Of a stretch of DNA of 64,000 nucleotides, positions 20,189 through 30,203 are shown piece after piece. The notes under the pieces are model-generated. The model was not told the DNA's origin, ran no database searches, and was given only the letters and a program-made list of their open reading frames with translations. Position 1 is the first letter of the stretch. Every line of letters begins with the position of its first letter. The stretch is from Polyangiaceae bacterium (GTDB lineage: Bacteria > Myxococcota_A > Polyangia > Polyangiales > Polyangiaceae). Location of the stretch: positions 288,001 to 352,000 of the forward strand of contig CBDCTZ010000009.1 in NCBI GenBank assembly GCA_965222375.1. Reading direction: 5' to 3'. The translations under genes were made by a program, and so were the position numbers.

Positions 20189-21483
20189 GCGACGTCTTTC
20201 AGGGCTCGCTCAATCTCATCACGCAGCTCTGGCGCAAATATCAAGCGCACCCGCTCCACGCGCTGTGCCTGCAGGCGGCCGAGCAGATAGGACACATCCG
20301 CCGGTTTCTTCTCGACGCCACCCGGAAAGATCACGCTGAGGGATGCGCCTTGATCGTCGAAGGGCAAATCCGAGGCGCAATCGAGGCCGACGTAGGTTTC
20401 GGGATCGAGCCCGGCCCCGTTGGCGATCTCTCTGGCCCGGGAGAGCACTTCGTAGCGGGTCTCGGGTTTCTGCGAGTCCCCGTACAGCTCGTAGGTCTTG
20501 AACAGCTTGCGGGCGACCAATCGCGACGACAGATCGGCCAGCACGGAATCCTTTGTCCGCCGAAAACCCGATAGGGCCGTCCACAGCACCGTGTCGTCCA
20601 GGGCCAGGTAATCGCCCAGGCCGGTGTCGGCGGTCGTGGCCAGGGAGAGCACCGCGGGAGGAACTCCGGGTACGCGACTGCCATCCAGTGCTAGCTCCCG
20701 CACACGCCCCAAGATGCGTGCGAGCATCCACTCACTCGCGCGGCTTGCCTTGTGGAAATACACCTGCTGAAACATGAACAGGCGCGCCAGGATGAAAGAC
20801 TCGATGGCGGGCAGCCCCTTGGCTCCGTCAACTGCCAACGGCGGCGCCTGCCCTTCGGCTTTGGGCACGCCCAATCGAAAGCTGCGCAAGAGCCAGTCCA
20901 GATCAAAACTGCCGTAGCCCACGCCGGTGAAGTAAGCATCTCGCAGCAGGTAGTCGCAGCGATCCACGTCGAAGGTGCCGCTGACCGCGCGGGCCAAGAA
21001 GGTCAGCTCATGATGCCCGTGCACCAGCTCTGCCACGCGTTGGGGTAACGAGGAGTCGTAGCGCGCGAGCACACGATGCACCTCTGTGGACTCGTCGAGA
21101 AGCACTCGGCTCGTCCAGGCTTCGTGGCGAGGGCACTCGGGAAGCGCCTCTTCGAACAGATGCGAAAATGGTCCATGTCCCACGTCGTGCAGTAGGGAAG
21201 CGGCGAGCGCGTCCCGGGCCCGCTCCGTGGTCAGACGCTGCCAGAAGGGGAGGTCTTGATGCAGTTCGCGCATGCGCGCGATGAAACGGGTCATCACGAA
21301 GGCGGCGCCAACGGCGTGGGAGAAGCGCGTGTGGTCCGCGCCCGGGTAGGCCAGGCTCGTCAATCCGAGTTGGCGAATGTGCCTAAGGCGCTGCACCTCC
21401 CGCGCCTCGAGCAACTCCACCAAGATGGATTGTTCGTCCGTCTCGAAGGAGACCAGGCCGTGCACGGGGTCGCGAAGAATCAC
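20185..21483 (-). CDS. HD-superfamily phosphohydrolase (SAMHD1/YdhJ-like putative dNTP triphosphohydrolase)
   Basis: RDPVHG, RLRHIRQLG, HTRFSH, LLHDVGHGPFSH, DVDRCDYLLRD, VYFHK. Confidence 0.9.
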   Translation of the reverse strand: MILRDPVHGLVSFETDEQSILVELLEAREVQRLRHIRQLGLTSLAYPGADHTRFSHAVGAAFVMTRFIARMRELHQDLPFWQRLTTERARDALAASLLHDVGHGPFSHLFEEALPECPRHEAWTSRVLLDESTEVHRVLARYDSSLPQRVAELVHGHHELTFLARAVSGTFDVDRCDYLLRDAYFTGVGYGSFDLDWLLRSFRLGVPKAEGQAPPLAVDGAKGLPAIESFILARLFMFQQVYFHKASRASEWMLARILGRVRELALDGSRVPGVPPAVLSLATTADTGLGDYLALDDTVLWTALSGFRRTKDSVLADLSSRLVARKLFKTYELYGDSQKPETRYEVLSRAREIANGAGLDPETYVGLDCASDLPFDDQGASLSVIFPGGVEKKPADVSYLLGRLQAQRVERVRLIFAPELRDEIERALKDVA

Positions 21484-21683
21484 CGCCAGGGGGACTTACC
21501 GCCCCCGGCTCTCGGACTAAAGCTCCGTGAGCGACCCCTGTAGGAAAAAGTAGGACAATCGCTGCGAGGCGGCAAAACCAGGCCCGCGGGCTGGGCTCGG
21601 CAGGTGCCACTGGACAGATGACAAAAAGGGCTGTTTCCTGAAAACGTACGGCCACTGTGCGTGCTGGGGGATTCCGACACACC

Positions 21684-23867
21684 ATGAGCAGCAAGAAACA
21701 AAAGAAGCGAAAGAGCCCCAAGCTCAAGGCAATCCCTCTTGGCGACGTTCTGCGCGCCCTTCCGCCTCGCGAGCTAACCAAGCTCATTCAGCGCGTCGGG
21801 ATCCAGGTCGACAAGCAGAAACGAATCGACGTACCGGCGCAGGTTGCCCGTGCGTTAGTGAATCTCCCAGAAGCCCGGGACCCCTCACGCTTGCCGGGAC
21901 CTGCCGCTGAGCTTTTCTATCGAATCGCGGAAGCCAAGGGCGTGCTGGTGGTGGACAGTCTCCCGCCGGCGGTCGCACCCCTCGTAGGCAGCGGGATCGT
22001 ATTCGCACGTGGCAGCGACGATGGTCGCGTGGAACTCATCCTGCCGATCGCGTACATGGTGCAGGTTCGGAGTTGGGAAGGGGAGGATCCGCGCGGCATG
22101 CGCGCCCTCGTGGCTCAAGCGAACCCGGAAGTGGCCGCGGCCATCGGAGCCCACTACTTGGGTCGCCCCGCAACGCCTCCCTACTCCCTCGCTTTCGAGG
22201 CCGCGTGGCAAGTTCTGAATGACCCTGACCGCCTGCGCGCGGAAATCGACGAGCTAGCACCCCTGGAGCGCAAGCTGCTGCGTGCCATCGAGAAGGTCGG
22301 CGGCGAAGTCGAGACCGAAGAACTCCTGGATTTGGAACGCGAACCCATGCGCCTGCGCGGAGCCACGGGCGCGACCCCCACGCGACGGGGTGTCGGTTTC
22401 GCGCTGGAGCGCCGCGGTTTCCTGATCCCGGTGCATCCGAATCGACACATCGTGCCTGCGGAAGTTGCACGCATCGTTGGCGCCCAGCGCCGGGCCGAGC
22501 GCGAAGCCCAGCGTCGCGAGATCCGCAGCTTCGTGCTGGAAGAAGATCACGCGCCTCGGCGCGCCACCTTCGCGGCCGACCCCATGCCGCTGACGCTGGC
22601 CATGGCGCTAGCCGCCCGAGAGTCCTCCGTCGATGTGAAGCCAGGGATCGGCACGCCGCGATCCTTGATCGGAAAGCTCTCCACGCGCTTCGGGGCCGAC
22701 GCCGACGCCGTGGCCCTGCTTGCGGCACTGTCGCGCGCCGTCGGGCTCTGGGATGCGTCTGCGGTCAACACGGCGTCGCCCCCAGGCAATGCGGAGGCGG
22801 GAGCCCTGACTCGACTTCTCTTCGATGCCTGGCGCCGAGGCGGGGCATGGGATGACGCTCGCCCGGATGGGGAAGTGCTGCGGGTGGCCACCGAGGTGCG
22901 CGAGGCTAGTGCCGTCGGAGTGCTGCGCGAAATGGTGCTGGACGCGCTTCGCGAACTCTCCGATGGGCGTTGGGCTCCCTGGGAAGCCGTGGCTGCCTAT
23001 GTTCGGGCGGATAGCCGTACTCCGGGAGTTGGGCGACTGCTGAAACGCTGGGGGCAGCGCGCCGGTGTCGAACCCGCAGAGCCCGCGGACATCGCGCGGC
23101 GCATCTCGTTGGAAACCCTGCACCACCTGGGCATCGTGGACTTGGGCGAGCCCGAGGAAGACGGCGAGACCACGGGACCCACCTTGCGCATCACTCCACG
23201 AGGGCGCGCGCTGCTGAGTAGCGAGAGCAAACCACCGGCCGCCGTTCCAAGCACCTACGTGGACGGGCAGGTGCTGAGGGTTGGTTCGACAGCCGCCGTG
23301 GGCAACGTGCTATCGCTGGCGCCCTTCGTCGAGATTGGCGGGATCTCCGCGGGGCTCGACCTGGGCATTACCCCTCAGGCCGTCAGCCTCGCGCTGGCGG
23401 CCGGTATCGAACCGGAGTTCATCCGCGCTCGTTTGGAAGCCGTGGCGGAATTGCCAGATCCCATTTCCCGGATGCTGGCCCAAGCCGCTGCGGTCCTTGG
23501 CCGTGCCGAGTTCGTGCCGACCCAGGGCTTCCTGTGGGTGGAAGATGTCGAGCTGCGGGAGATGCTTCGAACGCGGCGCCAAACGGCGGATCTCTTCGTC
23601 GAGCCGTCGCCACCATCCGGCCTGCTGATCAACCCGGGCGTGGATGTCGAAAAGCTCGCTCGCCGCTGCCGATCCCTGGGCGTGGAGGTCGTGGTCGACG
23701 GCGAAGTGTACCGGACGCAGAGCATGACTCCGCCACCTCGTGGCAGCGGCATGCGGCGAGTCGGCAGCTCTTCTTCGACTCGCGCAGCGTCCAAGTCCTC
23801 GGGCTCCAGGCGCAAGCGCTCTTCCGTCAAGATGCCAGCCCTCAAGCGCGGCGGCGGCAGTTCCTGA
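21684..23867 (+). CDS. Helicase-associated domain protein (XPB N-terminal/Helicase_C_3-like), no helicase motor
   Basis: C-terminal ITPQAVSLALAAGIEPEFIRARLEA...LPDPISRML pattern; winged-helix-like segments; no Walker or DExH motifs. Start ATG 21684. Confidence 0.6.
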   Translation: MSSKKQKKRKSPKLKAIPLGDVLRALPPRELTKLIQRVGIQVDKQKRIDVPAQVARALVNLPEARDPSRLPGPAAELFYRIAEAKGVLVVDSLPPAVAPLVGSGIVFARGSDDGRVELILPIAYMVQVRSWEGEDPRGMRALVAQANPEVAAAIGAHYLGRPATPPYSLAFEAAWQVLNDPDRLRAEIDELAPLERKLLRAIEKVGGEVETEELLDLEREPMRLRGATGATPTRRGVGFALERRGFLIPVHPNRHIVPAEVARIVGAQRRAEREAQRREIRSFVLEEDHAPRRATFAADPMPLTLAMALAARESSVDVKPGIGTPRSLIGKLSTRFGADADAVALLAALSRAVGLWDASAVNTASPPGNAEAGALTRLLFDAWRRGGAWDDARPDGEVLRVATEVREASAVGVLREMVLDALRELSDGRWAPWEAVAAYVRADSRTPGVGRLLKRWGQRAGVEPAEPADIARRISLETLHHLGIVDLGEPEEDGETTGPTLRITPRGRALLSSESKPPAAVPSTYVDGQVLRVGSTAAVGNVLSLAPFVEIGGISAGLDLGITPQAVSLALAAGIEPEFIRARLEAVAELPDPISRMLAQAAAVLGRAEFVPTQGFLWVEDVELREMLRTRRQTADLFVEPSPPSGLLINPGVDVEKLARRCRSLGVEVVVDGEVYRTQSMTPPPRGSGMRRVGSSSSTRAASKSSGSRRKRSSVKMPALKRGGGSS

Positions 23868-24049
23868 GCGTCGGGAGAAGGCCAGGTGGCGCGGCGGTGC
23901 GGCCGAGCGCGGGGGTAGCGATCCGGGCTGACGCCAAGGTCGCGACCCGATACCCAACAAAACCGGGTGCCGAGCGCGAAAAAGGGCGGCCGCCCGCGCC
24001 GGGCGCGCGTAACTGCCCTGCGGCCCGGAGCTGTGGCATCCTGGGGCGG

Positions 24050-25450
24050 ATGCCCGAAAGGCGCGCAAAAGTCGTATGCACCGTGGGGCCCGCGGTTGCC
24101 GCTCCCGAGCGGATCGTCGAGCTGGTTCAGGCGGGCATGGACGTTGCGCGGCTGAACTTCTCCCACGGCACGCCGGAGAGCCACGCGCAGATGGCGCAAT
24201 GGGTCCGACGCGCCAGCGCGGAGACGGGGCGCACCGTGTCCGTCTTGGCGGATCTATGCGGCCCCAAGATCCGCACCGGCCTCGGCGGTCCCACGTCGGT
24301 GGAAGCTGGCGAGATGTTGACGCTTTTCAGCGGGAGCGAGTCCACGGAGACGGAGCTCGCGGTGGGCTACGACCACCTGGCGGAAGACCTGGCCGCGGGG
24401 GATCGGGTGTTGCTGGGGGACGGACACGTCGAACTCAGTGTTCAGCGAGTGGAGGGCGATCGGGTCGTCTGCAACGTCGAGCACGGCGGGTCGTTGCGTG
24501 CTCGCATGGGCGTCAATTTGCCCGCGGCTCGACTGCGGCTCGGTGCCATCACCGAGAAAGACAAGACGGATCTCGGCCATGCCTTGGAGATCGGCGTGGA
24601 CTATCTGGCGCTGTCCTTCGTGCGCTCCGAGGACGACGTGAAGGAGCTGCGCAAGCTGGCGCAAGGCTTGGGGCGGCCGACGCCGATCGTCAGCAAGATC
24701 GAGACTCCCTCGGCGGTTCAGCGCATCGAGGCCATCGTCGAAGAGAGCGACGCCGTGATGGTGGCGCGAGGTGACTTGGGAGTGGAGCTGCCACCGGAGA
24801 CAGTGCCCATCGTACAGCGGGAAATCGTCGGCGCCTGTCGCCTGCTGCGCAAGCCCGCGATCATCGCCACCGAGATGCTGCAATCCATGACCGATGCACC
24901 GCGCCCGACTCGCGCGGAGGCGAGCGACGTGGCTGGTGCCATCTATGGCGGCGTGGATGCGGTGATGCTTTCCGCGGAAACCGCCACCGGGAAGCACCCC
25001 GTGCGTTCCTGTCAGATGATGGACCGCATCATTCGCCGGGCCGAGGCTAGTCGTTTCTACGATCCGAAGGCCTCGCCACCGGGTGAGTCGACGCCCGAGG
25101 CCATCGCAAACTCGGCATGCCGGATCGCCGACGAGATCGGCGCTCGCTTGATCGTGGCCTTGACCGAAAGCGGCGCGACGGCGCGCTTGGTCTCCAAGGC
25201 TCGGCCGAGTGTGCCGGTCATCGCACTGTCGCCAGATGCCAAGACTTTGCGCCGACTGGCCATGCTCTGGGGAGTCGTGCCCAAGACCCTCGAGGTTGCG
25301 TCGGACTTGGAAGTCTTGATTCGAAACGTGAAGCGATTGCTCCGGGACGACAACCGGATTGACCGGGGCGAGCGTTTCGTCTTGGTCTGCGGCGCACCCG
25401 TGGGTGGTCGCGGATCCACGAACACCGTTCGCGTGGAGATGCTTGCGTGA
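24050..25450 (+). CDS. pyk: Pyruvate kinase
   Basis: KVVCTVGP, ARLNFSHG, DLCGPKIR, KIE, MVARGDLGVE, ATEMLQSM, PTRAEASDV. Start ATG 24050. Confidence 0.96.
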   Translation: MPERRAKVVCTVGPAVAAPERIVELVQAGMDVARLNFSHGTPESHAQMAQWVRRASAETGRTVSVLADLCGPKIRTGLGGPTSVEAGEMLTLFSGSESTETELAVGYDHLAEDLAAGDRVLLGDGHVELSVQRVEGDRVVCNVEHGGSLRARMGVNLPAARLRLGAITEKDKTDLGHALEIGVDYLALSFVRSEDDVKELRKLAQGLGRPTPIVSKIETPSAVQRIEAIVEESDAVMVARGDLGVELPPETVPIVQREIVGACRLLRKPAIIATEMLQSMTDAPRPTRAEASDVAGAIYGGVDAVMLSAETATGKHPVRSCQMMDRIIRRAEASRFYDPKASPPGESTPEAIANSACRIADEIGARLIVALTESGATARLVSKARPSVPVIALSPDAKTLRRLAMLWGVVPKTLEVASDLEVLIRNVKRLLRDDNRIDRGERFVLVCGAPVGGRGSTNTVRVEMLA

Positions 25451-25460
25451 GGGCCTCGTC

Positions 25461-27284
25461 GTGATTGCTCCCGCGCCCACGGTGCCGAGCCTCGACAAAT
25501 ACGAGGTCATGGAGGAAATCGGCCACGGCGGTATGGCCACGGTGTACCGAGCGCGTGATCGTCGACTAGGGCGGGACGTTGCCGTCAAGGTGATCCACAA
25601 GCATCTGCGGGAGAACGTCGAGGTGGCGGCGCGCTTCGTGAGCGAAGCCCGGGCGGTCGCCAAGCTCAAGCACCAGAACATCGTCGAGGTCTATGACGTC
25701 TCCGACGAAGAGGATCCAGAGCGCTATCTGGTCGTCGAACTCGTCGAAGGCACCACCCTGCGGCAGCTGCTGGCGGATCGGAAGTTCATTCCGGCGGAAA
25801 TCGCCGCGGCGATCGCCCTGGAAATCGGCGCAGCCTTGGAGCACGCCCACGAGCACGGCGTGATTCACCGCGACATCAAGCCCGAGAACGTGCTTGTCAA
25901 CATGCGTCCGCCGACCAGCAACCGGGAAGGCACCGGCAAGGGCGAGAATGCGGCGCGGATCAAGATCGCAGACTTCGGTATCGCTAAGCTGCTCGACGCT
26001 CAGGGTGTGACCAGCACCGGTCAGGTACTGGGCTCGCCAGCGCATATGGCGCCGGAGCAGATCGAGGGCGGCGACGTGACCGCGCGGTCCGACGTGTTCG
26101 GCCTGGGTGTGCTGCTATACGAGTGCATGGTGGGTCGCTTGCCTTTCGACGGCAAGAACCCAGCGCAGGTGCTGCGCAAGGTGCTCGACGGGATCTTCAG
26201 TCCCGCCGAGCGCGCCCGGCCCAGCGTGGGCGTGTTTTTGAGCCGCGCGGTCCAAAAGGCACTGGCCCGCGAGCAGGACGACCGCTTCGAGAGCGTGACG
26301 GATTTCTGCGACCTGCTTCGGACGGAGCTCGACCGAGTGGGTTTTTCCGAGCCCCGCAAGGAGCTGGCGGCGTTCCTCGAAAACCCCGCCGTCTACGAAA
26401 GCGAATACGAGCGCCGCCTGGTGCCAAGGCTCGTTGCTCTGGGCAAGAAGGCGCGCAAGTCACGAGATGTGCCGGCGGCCGCGGCTTGGTTCAATCGGGC
26501 GCTGGCGTTTCGCCCCAACGACAAAGAGCTCCTCGAGCAAGTCGCGGGCATGGAGAAGCGGGAGCGGCTGCGGCGCATCGCGATCCGGGGCGGAGCCATT
26601 GCGCTGGCCAGTGCTGGCCTCGGGCTCGTGGCGTTCGGCGTGGTCCGGGCGACGCGGGTGCCGAAGCTGATGGCGACTCCGGAAGCGCCCGCGGAGGCAC
26701 CGTCGCGGGAGTTTACAGCGCGGCCGCCATTGCCGAGCGGGGTGCCAATCAAGGGCGAGCCGGCGCCCACGGCGCCTTCGGAGTTGAAGGGCAAGGTGCC
26801 GAAGCTGCCGGTCAGTGTTGCGTCGGCGACCGGGGAGACACGAGATGTCAAGATCCTGTTGCAGGGAGCGAAAGGGGGCACGGTGCGAATAGATGGTGTG
26901 GAAGTCCCCTGGGTGAATAAGACACACAAGTTGCCGCTGGGACGCCACACCTTCGAGTTCGTTCCACCGGACGAGACGTGCTGCAAGAAGAAGCCTCCAC
27001 TCGCACTTGACATACGCGAAGGCGAGAGGCCGCGTGTGATCACAGGGTACATTGCGTACAAGGATGCCTTCGTCCGCGTGATTGGAATCCGAGGTGTCGC
27101 CGCGGAATGCCCATCTTGGGGCACGGGTCGGATCCCCGCAAACACGACAAAGCCAGTTCGCATTCCCGGACCGGAGGCCACTATCAGGGCAATGTGCAGC
27201 ATCTATGGGCCTGAGGAAGGAATGCCGAAGAGCGAGCAGGTTGAGCTGCGGCCCAACACGACCTGGACTCTCAGCTGGCCCTGA
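25461..27284 (+). CDS. Membrane Ser/Thr protein kinase with TPR-like linker, TM and PEGA-like C-terminal domain
   Basis: GHGGMA, VAVK, HRDIKPEN, DFG, APE; TM IALASAGLGLVAFGVV; VRIDG...LPLGRHTFEF. Start GTG 25461. Confidence 0.9.
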   Translation: MIAPAPTVPSLDKYEVMEEIGHGGMATVYRARDRRLGRDVAVKVIHKHLRENVEVAARFVSEARAVAKLKHQNIVEVYDVSDEEDPERYLVVELVEGTTLRQLLADRKFIPAEIAAAIALEIGAALEHAHEHGVIHRDIKPENVLVNMRPPTSNREGTGKGENAARIKIADFGIAKLLDAQGVTSTGQVLGSPAHMAPEQIEGGDVTARSDVFGLGVLLYECMVGRLPFDGKNPAQVLRKVLDGIFSPAERARPSVGVFLSRAVQKALAREQDDRFESVTDFCDLLRTELDRVGFSEPRKELAAFLENPAVYESEYERRLVPRLVALGKKARKSRDVPAAAAWFNRALAFRPNDKELLEQVAGMEKRERLRRIAIRGGAIALASAGLGLVAFGVVRATRVPKLMATPEAPAEAPSREFTARPPLPSGVPIKGEPAPTAPSELKGKVPKLPVSVASATGETRDVKILLQGAKGGTVRIDGVEVPWVNKTHKLPLGRHTFEFVPPDETCCKKKPPLALDIREGERPRVITGYIAYKDAFVRVIGIRGVAAECPSWGTGRIPANTTKPVRIPGPEATIRAMCSIYGPEEGMPKSEQVELRPNTTWTLSWP

Positions 27285-27408
27285 CGCCCGTCCCTTGGGG
27301 GGCCAACTGAGCACTTGCAGGAGGTTTCTGCGACGAAGCGCGGGTTACGGTTGACGTGAGCGCGGTCGGCAGACGAACCTCGGGCTCCGGAACCTCCGGA
27401 ATCCCTGG

Positions 27409-28389
27409 ATGCGAACGGCGCTCTCCTCTGTGCGGGCCATGTCGGCCGCCGCAATTACGGCACTAACGGTGCCGGTGCTCGCGCAGCCCGACCGACCCGG
27501 ACCGGCCCGCGTGCAGCTTTCCGATGAAGCACAACTGGCTCGGGTCTCATCTCTGTATGACTCGGGCAAGTACGTGGAGTGCGTCGGTGTGCTCGACGTG
27601 TTGCTGTCGGCGAAGGATCCGAAGCTGGAAGAAATCGATGTGATCGAACGGGCCAGGGTCTATTACGCAGCTTGCCTGCTGGCGTCGGGGCGTGGCCGGG
27701 ATGCGGACTCGCAGTTGCGCATGGCTATCCGCGAGAACCCACAGATGCGTCCGCCAGATCGCTTGATGTTCCCCCAAGAGGTCGTCGACCGCTTCATCAC
27801 CGTGCGTGACGGCATGCTCGACGAAATCAAAAAGGCGGAAGAGGAGCGCTTTCGCAAAGCGCGGGCAGCAGCGGAAGCGGCGGCGAAGCGCCGGGCCAAA
27901 GAGAAAGAGCGCGTCAAGAAGCTCGAGGAATTCGCGGCCCGGGAAACGGAAGTGACGAAAAACCGGCGCTGGCTCGCGGCGGTGCCCTTCGGGGTCGGTC
28001 AGTTCCAGAATGACGATACGGCGCTGGGCTACTTGTTTCTAGGCACGGAGCTGGCGCTGGCGGGCACGGCGCTGGGGGCGCTGATCGTGGAGCTGAACCT
28101 AAACGCTCGTATCGATGACAGCGATCCGCCCAATCGCGAAGAGCTCAATGCGAACCTGGTCTCGGCGCACAACGTTCTGATCTTCTCGAGCTGGGGTTTC
28201 TTGGCCGTGGCCCTGGGTGGGATCGCCGAGGCGCAGCTGTCCTTCGAGCCCGAATTTCGGAAGAGCAAGAAACGCCGACTGCCCCGGGAGCTGCAGAGCC
28301 CGAGTTCGCGGAGCAAAGATGCCTTCGTGCGCCCCACGATCGTCCCGTTTCGAAACGGCGCCGGCCTGGGCGCCGTCGGTCGGTTCTGA
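27409..28389 (+). CDS. Hypothetical secreted TPR-like protein with a C-terminal hydrophobic region ending G-R-F
   Basis: Signal-like N-terminus, helical repeat, coiled coil, AVPFGVGQFQN, C-terminal GAGLGAVGRF. Confidence 0.65.
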   Translation: MRTALSSVRAMSAAAITALTVPVLAQPDRPGPARVQLSDEAQLARVSSLYDSGKYVECVGVLDVLLSAKDPKLEEIDVIERARVYYAACLLASGRGRDADSQLRMAIRENPQMRPPDRLMFPQEVVDRFITVRDGMLDEIKKAEEERFRKARAAAEAAAKRRAKEKERVKKLEEFAARETEVTKNRRWLAAVPFGVGQFQNDDTALGYLFLGTELALAGTALGALIVELNLNARIDDSDPPNREELNANLVSAHNVLIFSSWGFLAVALGGIAEAQLSFEPEFRKSKKRRLPRELQSPSSRSKDAFVRPTIVPFRNGAGLGAVGRF

Positions 28390-28432
28390 TCGCACCCGCT
28401 TTCGCGCCCCGCGCTGTTCACCACGCGGGCGA

Positions 28433-29299
28433 CTAGAGCGCGGAAACTTGAACGTGGCTGCGATCCGCGGCGCGGGCTGCGGCGTCGGCCCCGGTGGGGC
28501 TTTCCGCGCGCTGCACGTCGCCCTGTCGGACGCCGAGCAGCCACAGCATCAGCTGTGGCGGTGGCAGACCCAGATCCGGCGATGCACTGAAGACTCGAGC
28601 CAGCTCCCGGCCGTAGCCCCGGGAGAGCTTCAATACGGACAGGCCGTCGAAGGCGCCCGCCTTGGGCCGACTCGCCAGTGGAAGCGCCAGCAGGCTCGCG
28701 AAGAGTAGGCGGTAGATCAGGAAAAGCCGCCAGCGCTGCCACTTGGATTTGTCGGCCAGGACGCGGCGGAGGAAGTGCACGTTCAGAGGAACGTGGAAGG
28801 CCTCGTCTCGGGTCAAGATGGTCAGCATGCGCCGCGCCTGCTCGTCTTCCACGTTGCGCAGCGCCATGCGGTAGGTCGTGGAGCCGATCGTCTCGAACAT
28901 CAAGTTCGTGAGCACGATGGTTTCCATGCGCCGCGCCCGGGCGTACACGCTGTACAGGGTTTTGGTGACGCGACCCATGGGGCGCACCTCGCCGCCCAGA
29001 CGCTTCAAGAAGTCCAGCAGCAACTCTCGGTGCCAGCCTTCCTCGTCGCCGTAGAGCTGCAGCACTTCAGCAAGCTCGGGGTCTTCGGCCCGGGTGCTTC
29101 TGGCCAGGGCGTGGGCCTGGGATTGGCCCGACTCTTCCGCCCGCAGCGCCGCGTTGAAGAAGCGCACCGCGGCGTCTTGGACCAGCGCCGAGTCGAAGCG
29201 GATTGGTGCGGTGCCGAGGCCCGCCTCGGTCCGCGTGCGACGGCGCTTCAGAGTCTGGAGCCACCAAGAAGTGGGACGGTCGTTGACGGGGTGTGCCAC
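28433..29299 (-). CDS. Ferritin-like carboxylate-bridged diiron protein
   Basis: LRAEES...DEEGWH...FETIG...DEAFH gives the E...ExxH...E...ExxH ligand pattern. Start taken at GTG 29299. Confidence 0.75.
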   Translation of the reverse strand: MAHPVNDRPTSWWLQTLKRRRTRTEAGLGTAPIRFDSALVQDAAVRFFNAALRAEESGQSQAHALARSTRAEDPELAEVLQLYGDEEGWHRELLLDFLKRLGGEVRPMGRVTKTLYSVYARARRMETIVLTNLMFETIGSTTYRMALRNVEDEQARRMLTILTRDEAFHVPLNVHFLRRVLADKSKWQRWRLFLIYRLLFASLLALPLASRPKAGAFDGLSVLKLSRGYGRELARVFSASPDLGLPPPQLMLWLLGVRQGDVQRAESPTGADAAARAADRSHVQVSAL

Positions 29300-29327
29300 T
29301 GAATGCCTCGGGTCAGGTGTCCGATTA

Positions 29328-30068
29328 TCAACCCTGGCGCTGCAGCGCAACGACGAAGAAACCACCGAAGAATCTCAAAGGGGAATCACATAGCGCTCGC
29401 TCGGCGGTGCGAAGCACGGTCCGTGCTACGGGCAGCCGCATCAGACGGGCGGCTGGGGTCGCGACGCGGATCCCCCGGGAGCCGACGATGTCGAGGCCTT
29501 CAGGCACGTGCCGGCGAATGCCCAGCGGCGTGTCGAAGCGGGTGTAGACCTTGTCTTCGTGGGTGCCTTCGGCAACCCGCCCTGCGGGCGCCAAACGTTT
29601 GGCCAGGCCGCGCCAGCTGTAGGGGTTGTAGAATTCGGCCACGACCGTGCCGCCGGGTCGGGTGACCCGGGCCATTTCCGACAGGGCGCGCCGAATGTCT
29701 GGGATGTGAGCCAGCACTTTGAAAGAGCACGTTACATCGAAGCTCTCGCTTTGGAACGGAAGCTCCGTGGCGGAGCCCTCTACGACCTCGAGGCCGCGGG
29801 CACGGGCCTTTTCCAGCATGCCCGGGGAGAGATCCACACCCTGGGCGCGACGGGCAAAGCGCTCGATGCGGGTCAGCACCAGACCCGTGCCACAGCCCAC
29901 TTCCAGCACTTCACCACCTCGGCCAAAGCGCTCGACGTAGCCGGCTTCGAGCTCGTCCAACAGTTCGTGATAGCCACCGGGATCGTTGTCGCCGCGGTGG
30001 GATTCATACCCATCGCTGAAGGCGTCGTAATACGCGCGGTTGGCGTCGTGGCTGCCTGAGGCGTCCAT
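29328..30068 (-). CDS. Class I SAM-dependent methyltransferase
   Basis: VLEVGCGTG, GVDLSPGML, LPFQSESFD, EMARVTRPGG. Confidence 0.92.
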   Translation of the reverse strand: MDASGSHDANRAYYDAFSDGYESHRGDNDPGGYHELLDELEAGYVERFGRGGEVLEVGCGTGLVLTRIERFARRAQGVDLSPGMLEKARARGLEVVEGSATELPFQSESFDVTCSFKVLAHIPDIRRALSEMARVTRPGGTVVAEFYNPYSWRGLAKRLAPAGRVAEGTHEDKVYTRFDTPLGIRRHVPEGLDIVGSRGIRVATPAARLMRLPVARTVLRTAERALCDSPLRFFGGFFVVALQRQG

Positions 30069-30203
30069 TTGGAGCCAAGGTGTAGCAGAATCGGGCCTCG
30101 CGCAAGCCCGGGCGCAAATTCCGCGCGGAGCCCCTTCGCCCGCGCTTTGAGGGACTTGGCCGGGTTGTCGGATGGCAGAGCGGCTGTGAGGGAAGTTGCT
30201 AGG

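Noticed and set aside
23534..24049. N-terminal extension of pyruvate kinase
   Set aside because: Overlaps the preceding gene in another frame and is low-complexity; the canonical PK start is at 24050.
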